Assembly: GCA_002376325.1 (NCBI GenBank)
Contig: DFMR01000139.1
Location: forward strand, 1 to 57,982
Reading direction: 5' to 3'
DNA: 57,982 nucleotides
DNA from: Proteobacteria bacterium UBA3588
GTDB taxonomy: Bacteria; Pseudomonadota; Gammaproteobacteria; Thiohalomonadales; Thiohalomonadaceae
Shown here: piece after piece, positions 52,357-57,982 of the stretch
How the letters are laid out: every line of letters begins with the position of its first letter
Numbering within the stretch: the stretch's first letter is position 1
The notes under the pieces: model-generated
The model's input: the letters and a program-made list of their open reading frames with translations, nothing else
Database searches by the model: none
Told to the model about the DNA's origin: nothing
Program-made: the position numbers and the translations under genes

Positions 52357-54171
52357 ATGACCATCTTCAACTGGGACGACAGCTACAGCGTCGGCTTGGC
52401 AAGTGTCGACTACCAACACAAGCGACTGGTGGGCATGATCAACCGGCTGGATGAAGCCGTTTCCACCGGCAGCGACGAAACAACCCTCCGCACCATCCTC
52501 AAGGGCCTGTACGAATACACGTTCTATCATTTCAGCACCGAAGAGGAATTGATGCGCGCCACCGGGCCGGCGATACGCGACCACTACCGCAACCACAAAG
52601 CCGCCCACGACGCCTTTACGAGCAGAATCCGTCCTCTGGCCGAGAACGCCCCCCTCGACTCCACGACCTTGAATAGCGCACTACTCGGCTACCTGGTCGA
52701 TTGGCTGGCCCAACACATCCTTGGCGTCGATAAGGAAATGGCCCGACTCATCGCCACCGTGGAGATCGCGCGCGACGACGAAGTCACTCTGGACATAGAC
52801 CGCCTGCAGGCGGGCGCCAACGCCACCGAACGTAATTTGTTGGGAGCGCTGCATGAAAGCGAGCTGCGGTTCCGCTCACTCGCCGACAGTGCCCCCATGC
52901 TCATCTGGATCGGCGATCAATTGAACAACCGGATATTCTTCAACAAGACCTGGCAAAACCTCACCGGCCTTAGCGCCCACCAGCTGAGGCACGGCGCATG
53001 GCAAGAGTGTCTTCACCAGGAAGACCTTGAGTCCTATCGGCAGGGCCTCGCGACCGCTCTGGAACGACATGGCGAACTGCAACATGAGTTCCGGATGCGC
53101 CGGGCCGACGGTGAGTATCGCTGGTATTTGGAAAGCGCCATACCGCGCCCATCCCGTCACGGCGAATTCATCGGCCTCATCGGCTCGGCGATGGATATTA
53201 CCGAACGCAAAGCGGCCGAGCAGATTTTGCTCGACGCACGCGATCGTCTCGAACACGAGGTAGCCTTGCGCACGACACAGTTGCGCGAAGCCAATGTGCG
53301 GCTGGAACGTGAAAAGAACGAACAGTTGGCATTGAACGAGAAACTGCAAGCGGCGCAGGAACAATTACTGCAATCCGAGAAGATGGCATCGATCGGCCAG
53401 TTGGCGGCGGGCGTCGCCCACGAAATCAACAATCCTATCGGCTACGTCAAATCCAACATACATTCGCTGCAGGATTACGTAAACACCTTGCTGCATATTA
53501 TCGACCTGTATGATGCCTCCACTGCCGGTGCGTCGGCATCGAGTGTCGACCAGTTCAAACAGCAATCAGACTATGCATTCGTACGCGACGACATCATTAA
53601 TTTGCTGGACGAATCCCAGGAAGGGGTATCCCGCGTAAAACAGATCGTGCAGGATCTAAAGGATTTTTCGCATGTCGATCAGGCCGAGTGGAAATCAACT
53701 GACATCAACCGCGGCCTTGCATCCACGCTCAATATCGCCGCCAATGAAATCAAATACAAGGCGGAGGTCATTCGTGACTTCGGCGAAATCCCGCCGATCG
53801 AATGCCTGCCGCAACAATTGAATCAGGTATTCATGAATCTATTGGTGAACGCCGCCCAATCCATCGACGATCGCGGAACGATCACGGTACGAACCCGGCC
53901 GGCAACCGACGGCATTTCGATCGAGATCACCGATACCGGCCACGGCATCCCGCCGGAACAGCTTTCGCGAATATTCGATCCGTTCTTTACCACCAAACCG
54001 ATTGGCGAAGGTACCGGGCTCGGCCTGTCGCTGGCCTACGGCATCATCAACAAGCACCAGGGCCGGATCGAGGTGCAAAGCCGGGTAGGTCGCGGCACGA
54101 CCTTCCGTATTACGCTCCCAAGCCGATCCCCAGCCCCCGCATCGGTTGCAACAACCGCTGCCACCGCATAA
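52357..54171 (+). CDS. Hemerythrin-PAS sensor histidine kinase
   Basis: W...YSVG...VDYQHKRL, HFSTEE, HKAAH, WLAQHILGVD; PAS/PAC region ending DITERK; H-box GVAHEINNP; HATPase motifs (NLLVNA, DTGHG, FFTTK, GTGLGL). Confidence 0.93.
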   Translation: MTIFNWDDSYSVGLASVDYQHKRLVGMINRLDEAVSTGSDETTLRTILKGLYEYTFYHFSTEEELMRATGPAIRDHYRNHKAAHDAFTSRIRPLAENAPLDSTTLNSALLGYLVDWLAQHILGVDKEMARLIATVEIARDDEVTLDIDRLQAGANATERNLLGALHESELRFRSLADSAPMLIWIGDQLNNRIFFNKTWQNLTGLSAHQLRHGAWQECLHQEDLESYRQGLATALERHGELQHEFRMRRADGEYRWYLESAIPRPSRHGEFIGLIGSAMDITERKAAEQILLDARDRLEHEVALRTTQLREANVRLEREKNEQLALNEKLQAAQEQLLQSEKMASIGQLAAGVAHEINNPIGYVKSNIHSLQDYVNTLLHIIDLYDASTAGASASSVDQFKQQSDYAFVRDDIINLLDESQEGVSRVKQIVQDLKDFSHVDQAEWKSTDINRGLASTLNIAANEIKYKAEVIRDFGEIPPIECLPQQLNQVFMNLLVNAAQSIDDRGTITVRTRPATDGISIEITDTGHGIPPEQLSRIFDPFFTTKPIGEGTGLGLSLAYGIINKHQGRIEVQSRVGRGTTFRITLPSRSPAPASVATTAATA

Positions 54172-54313
54172 TAAATAACTTATTTTTCATACAGTTACAA
54201 CAGCACCCCAACGCAAACCGCCCGCGTTTATCAACGGCTTAATTTCCACTGGCACCGCGCTCAATTGACACCTAAAATAGCGCCGTCAATGTCCACCCTA
54301 AAAAGGACTCGCC

Positions 54314-55477
54314 GTGTCCGTCACTGTCGAAGATTACTATGAGCACGCCACATTCCAGCGTATGAAGGCGTTCGCCGACACCAAGGAGACCCCCTTCCTG
54401 GTGATCGATACGGCAACGGTAAAACGGCAATTGGAAGAACTTATCACCGGATTCAGCAACGCCAAGATCTACTATGCGGTAAAAGCCAACCCGGCGGCCG
54501 AGATCCTGGAAATTCTACGTGACCGCGGCTGCAACTTCGATATCGCTTCTATCTACGAATTGGATCGCGTGCTATCGCTCGGCATAACCGGCGATCGCAT
54601 CAGTTACGGCAACACCATCAAAAAGAGCAAGGATATCCGTTATTTTTACGACAAAGGCGTCCGCCTGTACGCCACCGATTCGGAAGCTGATCTGCGCAAC
54701 ATCGCCAAGGCCGCTCCGGGATCGAAGATCTACGTGCGGATACTGACTGAAGGGACTCAAACCGCCGACTGGCCGCTATCGCGCAAGTTCGGCTGTCAAA
54801 CCGATATCGCCATGGACCTGCTGATCACGGCGCGCGATCTCGGCCTTGAACCCTATGGCATTTCCTTCCACGTCGGCTCGCAACAGCGGGATATCGGCAC
54901 CTGGGATGCCGCCATTGCCAAGGTCAAGGTGATTTTCGAACGCCTGCGCGAAGAAGACGGCATCGAATTGAAGATGATCAACATGGGCGGCGGCTTCCCC
55001 GCCAACTATATATCGCGCACCAACGACCTCGCCACCTATGCCGAGGAGATCACCCGCTTCCTGCATGAAGACTTCGGCGACGACCTACCGGAAATCATTC
55101 TGGAGCCGGGACGCTCACTGATCGCCAATGCCGGCATTCTGGTCAGCGAGGTGGTACTGATCGCGCGCAAAAGCCGCACCGCTCTCAATCGCTGGATATA
55201 TCTGGACGTCGGCAAATTTTCCGGACTGATCGAAACAATGGACGAAGCCATCAAATTCCCCATCTATACCGAAAAGAATGGCGAACTGGAGGAGGCCGTA
55301 CTCGCCGGTCCGACGTGTGACAGCGCCGACATCATGTACGAAGACTTCAAGTATCCGTTACCGCTGAACCTTGCCATCGGCGACCGCCTCTACTGGTTGT
55401 CGACCGGCGCCTATACCACCAGCTACAGTTCCATCGAATTCAACGGGTTCCCTCCGTTGAAGACCTATTACATCTGA
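54314..55477 (+). CDS. Type III PLP-dependent ornithine/lysine decarboxylase
   Basis: YAVKANP, FDIASIYE, SRKFG, SFHVGSQ, NMGGGF, EPGR, GPTCDSAD, GAYT. AAGGA lies upstream of the GTG start. Confidence 0.92.
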   Translation: MSVTVEDYYEHATFQRMKAFADTKETPFLVIDTATVKRQLEELITGFSNAKIYYAVKANPAAEILEILRDRGCNFDIASIYELDRVLSLGITGDRISYGNTIKKSKDIRYFYDKGVRLYATDSEADLRNIAKAAPGSKIYVRILTEGTQTADWPLSRKFGCQTDIAMDLLITARDLGLEPYGISFHVGSQQRDIGTWDAAIAKVKVIFERLREEDGIELKMINMGGGFPANYISRTNDLATYAEEITRFLHEDFGDDLPEIILEPGRSLIANAGILVSEVVLIARKSRTALNRWIYLDVGKFSGLIETMDEAIKFPIYTEKNGELEEAVLAGPTCDSADIMYEDFKYPLPLNLAIGDRLYWLSTGAYTTSYSSIEFNGFPPLKTYYI

Positions 55478-55694
55478 TCGCCGGCGCTCCACGAGCTAGC
55501 CCGAACATCAACTACGCTCGGTTCAACGAATAGGGAAATGTACTGCCTTGCAGGCAATGAGAGAATCGGCGTCATTTTCTGCATCGAGCCGATCTCGTAC
55601 GGTCTTGGCGGCGAATCCCGTGATGCCGCGGCAACCGGGACGCGCACGTATTCCCCGCGCCGCATGCATCGCATTTGAATCCCGCGATGAATCT

Positions 55695-56792
55695 CTAACC
55701 GAAGGTAAATGCATACGCCTCCAGTCCGGGCGCCCGCGTTTCGATCTCGATTAGGCCGTTTTTCGGCGTCTTCTGATCGATCAATCGATAAAGCGTGTTG
55801 CGCTTGACGTCGACGACGCCGCCAGGCGCATCCCCGCCCGCACTGTCTCCGACGGAGACACCATTCAGCTTCAGTTTGACCTTAATCGGTTTGCCGGAGG
55901 CCGTACCGAGTACCAGGAATACGCGGCGCGCATCAAAGTTGAGGCGCAACGCGGCGCCTTTGGCATCGGCCACGATCTTCTCCGCGGTCACGGTCCATTT
56001 CCCGCTCAATGCCCAGCCATCCACCGGCAAATCGGCGGGAAAGTGATAAAGCGCTGATGCATCTCTGCTGACGACTTCATTGCCGGAAAAGCTTTCGGCC
56101 CTGGCATAACCGAGGTAGGTCTCAGGCGTTTCGTTGGCCATATAGGTCGGCGTTTCTGCGCTGATTGTCTGCGCATTCCCTTTCAGCCCCAGCAAGTAGC
56201 GGATGTTATTTTCCGTTACCCCGTATTCCCCTTCGCCGAAATGCGTATACACCACCATGCCGTCGCGGTTGATCAGATAATGCGCAGGCCAATATAGATT
56301 GTTGTAGTTGTTCCATGTGGCCATATCGTTGTCCAACGCCACCGGATAGCGAATATGGTAATGTGCGAGCGCCGCCTTAACGTTGCCAATGCGTTTTTCG
56401 AAACCAAATTCTGGCGAATGCACGCCGACGATAATCAGCCCCATACGGTGGTACTTGCGGTACCAGTCGCTCAAATAGGGCAGCGTGCGTACGCAGTTGA
56501 TGCAGGAATAGGTCCAGAAATCGATGAGTACAACCTTGCCTTTCAGCTCCGCCATGGTGAGCGGCGGTCCGTTGAGCCATGCGGCAATACCGGAAAATTT
56601 CGGTGCTGGATATGACATGGCCAAGCCATTTTCCAGGGTCATCCCACCATGCGGACGAACGCCGTCGGCGAAGGCATAATGGGATTTTGCGTGTACGCCA
56701 AGCATGGCGCATGTCACCAGAGCGATGACAAGTCGTCCAAAAAACTTACGGATAAAAACAGCATATCCGACGCGCAGAACTTGCTTGTCCAT
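55695..56792 (-). CDS. DipZ-like thioredoxin protein (TlpA-like domain + C-terminal domain), no CcdA domain
   Basis: WLNGPPL, GKVVLIDFWTYSCINC, GVHSPEF, WPAHYLI, HFGEGEY, TPETYLG, AYAFTFG. Start uncertain. Confidence 0.85.
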   Translation of the reverse strand: MDKQVLRVGYAVFIRKFFGRLVIALVTCAMLGVHAKSHYAFADGVRPHGGMTLENGLAMSYPAPKFSGIAAWLNGPPLTMAELKGKVVLIDFWTYSCINCVRTLPYLSDWYRKYHRMGLIIVGVHSPEFGFEKRIGNVKAALAHYHIRYPVALDNDMATWNNYNNLYWPAHYLINRDGMVVYTHFGEGEYGVTENNIRYLLGLKGNAQTISAETPTYMANETPETYLGYARAESFSGNEVVSRDASALYHFPADLPVDGWALSGKWTVTAEKIVADAKGAALRLNFDARRVFLVLGTASGKPIKVKLKLNGVSVGDSAGGDAPGGVVDVKRNTLYRLIDQKTPKNGLIEIETRAPGLEAYAFTFG

Positions 56793-57042
56793 GATCGTTC
56801 TCCCGGAGACGCCTATAGGCACATGGTTTATCTGGAAAACGTTGTCGCGGACCCTGCGCGTATAGCCATGACCTGTGGACTGCATGCGGCAGGCCGGTTA
56901 CAAAGGTTTAGTGCGCCAGGCTCGGCACGTCAACAAATATAAACCTAGAACGGCCATCAGCGGACGGTACTTGCCGAAGCAGGGAGGAAGGAAGAGGTCG
57001 TATGGAAGGCGCAGCGCCGGTTTGTTGTGTATGGCAGCCCGA

Positions 57043-57982
57043 TCAACATCCTTTGTGCCACACGCATTCGACCAGTGTGCCGCCGCCCGCAGCGGCCGCC
57101 ACCGACAGGGAGGCGCCGATAATCCCGGCCCGGTAACGCATGATGTGAACACCGAGCCCGCCGGCCTTTTCCGCCGGCGGCGCGAGCCCGATGCCGTCGT
57201 CATGTACCGACAAGACGATGATGTGATCCGCGTTCCTTAACTCCACGCGGATGTTGGCGGCTTGCGCGTGCTTGATCGCATTGTTGATGGCTTCCTGCGC
57301 GATTCGATAGAGATGCACCGCAACGTCTTCGTCCAACAGAACGATTGCGCCGGAGACCGCAAGCCGGCAGCGAATGCCAGACCAGGCCCGCGCCCCGTCG
57401 ACCAGCGCCGCCAACCCATCCGCCAGTCCATCCGGGCCAACCTGGATCGGCGACAACCCTTTGGCCAGGGACTTCGCCTCCCCCAACGCCTGGCGCAGAT
57501 AACGCGCCAAATCGCCGGCTGTTTTGGCCTCCTGCAATCGTTTTGCCTGCGTCAGTTTTCGTTCAAGGCTGTTGGCCAGCATTCCCACCGCCGTGAGCAG
57601 CTGCCCGATACCGTCATGAATTTCGCGGCCGATGCGCTCCTGCTCGGCGGCACTCACCTCGATGATCTGCCGCTCCAGCACCTTGCGCTCGGTGATATCC
57701 TGCAGCATCGCCTGCAACTCGACGATGGTACCGCCGGCATCACGTCCCGCTTCACCGTGGGCATGCACCCAACGACGGCTGCCGTCCACGCGTATCACCT
57801 CGACATCCAGATCGTAAGGCTTACCGTCTTGCAGCGTCTTATCCACTGCGGCGGAAAGGCGTCGCCAACTCTCTGCGCTGAAGTACCGTGAAAGTTCCTG
57901 ATGACTGGTCGCGGGCAGGACCGGATCACGGCCGAATATCCCATAGAGTTCGTCCGACCATATCGTCATATCGGTGCGCAAA
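57043..57982 (-). CDS. PAS-domain histidine kinase, HisKA_3 (NarX/UhpB) type; 3' part, start lies beyond the right edge
   Basis: WSDELYGIFG PAS_3, DITERK, EQERIGREIHDGIGQ, YRIAQEAINNAIKHA, DDGIG, GLG..IMRYRA. Confidence 0.9.
   Translation of the reverse strand, partial: LRTDMTIWSDELYGIFGRDPVLPATSHQELSRYFSAESWRRLSAAVDKTLQDGKPYDLDVEVIRVDGSRRWVHAHGEAGRDAGGTIVELQAMLQDITERKVLERQIIEVSAAEQERIGREIHDGIGQLLTAVGMLANSLERKLTQAKRLQEAKTAGDLARYLRQALGEAKSLAKGLSPIQVGPDGLADGLAALVDGARAWSGIRCRLAVSGAIVLLDEDVAVHLYRIAQEAINNAIKHAQAANIRVELRNADHIIVLSVHDDGIGLAPPAEKAGGLGVHIMRYRAGIIGASLSVAAAAGGGTLVECVWHKGC

Noticed and set aside
54250-54290. TGGCAC and ATTGAC-N15-GTCAAT upstream of the decarboxylase
   Set aside because: TGGCAC lacks the -12 GC, so it is not a sigma54 site. 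The 6-bp arms match no regulator I can name and may just be sigma70 promoter elements.
55478-55694. ~215-bp gap between the decarboxylase and the DipZ-like gene
   Set aside because: No convincing ORF, repeat or RNA motif recognised.

Overview
A 58 kb, high-GC, mostly core-genome region of a gammaproteobacterium. The gene order (SMC-ScpAB rather than MukBEF, smc-zipA-ligA, gyrA-serC superoperon, mtnA/mtaD-ubiG-gph-yciK) suggests a non-enteric, Chromatiales/Pseudomonadales-like lineage; this placement is an inference. Left to right: 5' part of uvrB, an aspartate aminotransferase, an orphan fimT, tRNA-Asn, then a ~17 kb minus-strand run (gyrA-serC-serA-pheA-hisC-aroF(I-beta)-tyrA-aroA-cmk-rpsA-ihfB-lapA-lapB-pyrF-comEA-galU). 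Next come mtnA/mtaD-ubiG-gph-rmuC, squalene genes hpnCDE, yciK and a diguanylate cyclase, followed by PHP-yciO-site-2 protease-trpS-scpAB-rluB-HhH glycosylase-deaminase, yciB-yciI-bolA-parvulin, smc-zipA-ligA-rfbD and queF. The more accessory-looking right end holds a lipoprotein, an FGGY kinase, cysZ, an anion permease, a hemerythrin-PAS histidine kinase, an ornithine/lysine decarboxylase, a DipZ-like thioredoxin and a partial PAS kinase. I saw no CRISPR array, transposase, integrase, prophage or defence island. The most interesting signals are non-coding: (1) a 270-bp nested-palindromic MITE after queF; (2) CsrA/RsmA-type GGA hairpins on the ribosome-binding regions of both DNA-uptake genes (fimT, comEA); (3) a candidate enhancer + IHF + sigma54 promoter on the diguanylate cyclase; (4) a tRNA-Asn with an initiator-type A11:U24 pair; (5) GTAG-type REPs; and (6) 9-bp-periodic inverted repeats around serC. 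I cannot claim a wholly new multi-gene system from sequence alone. All calls come from reading the sequence; no searches were run.
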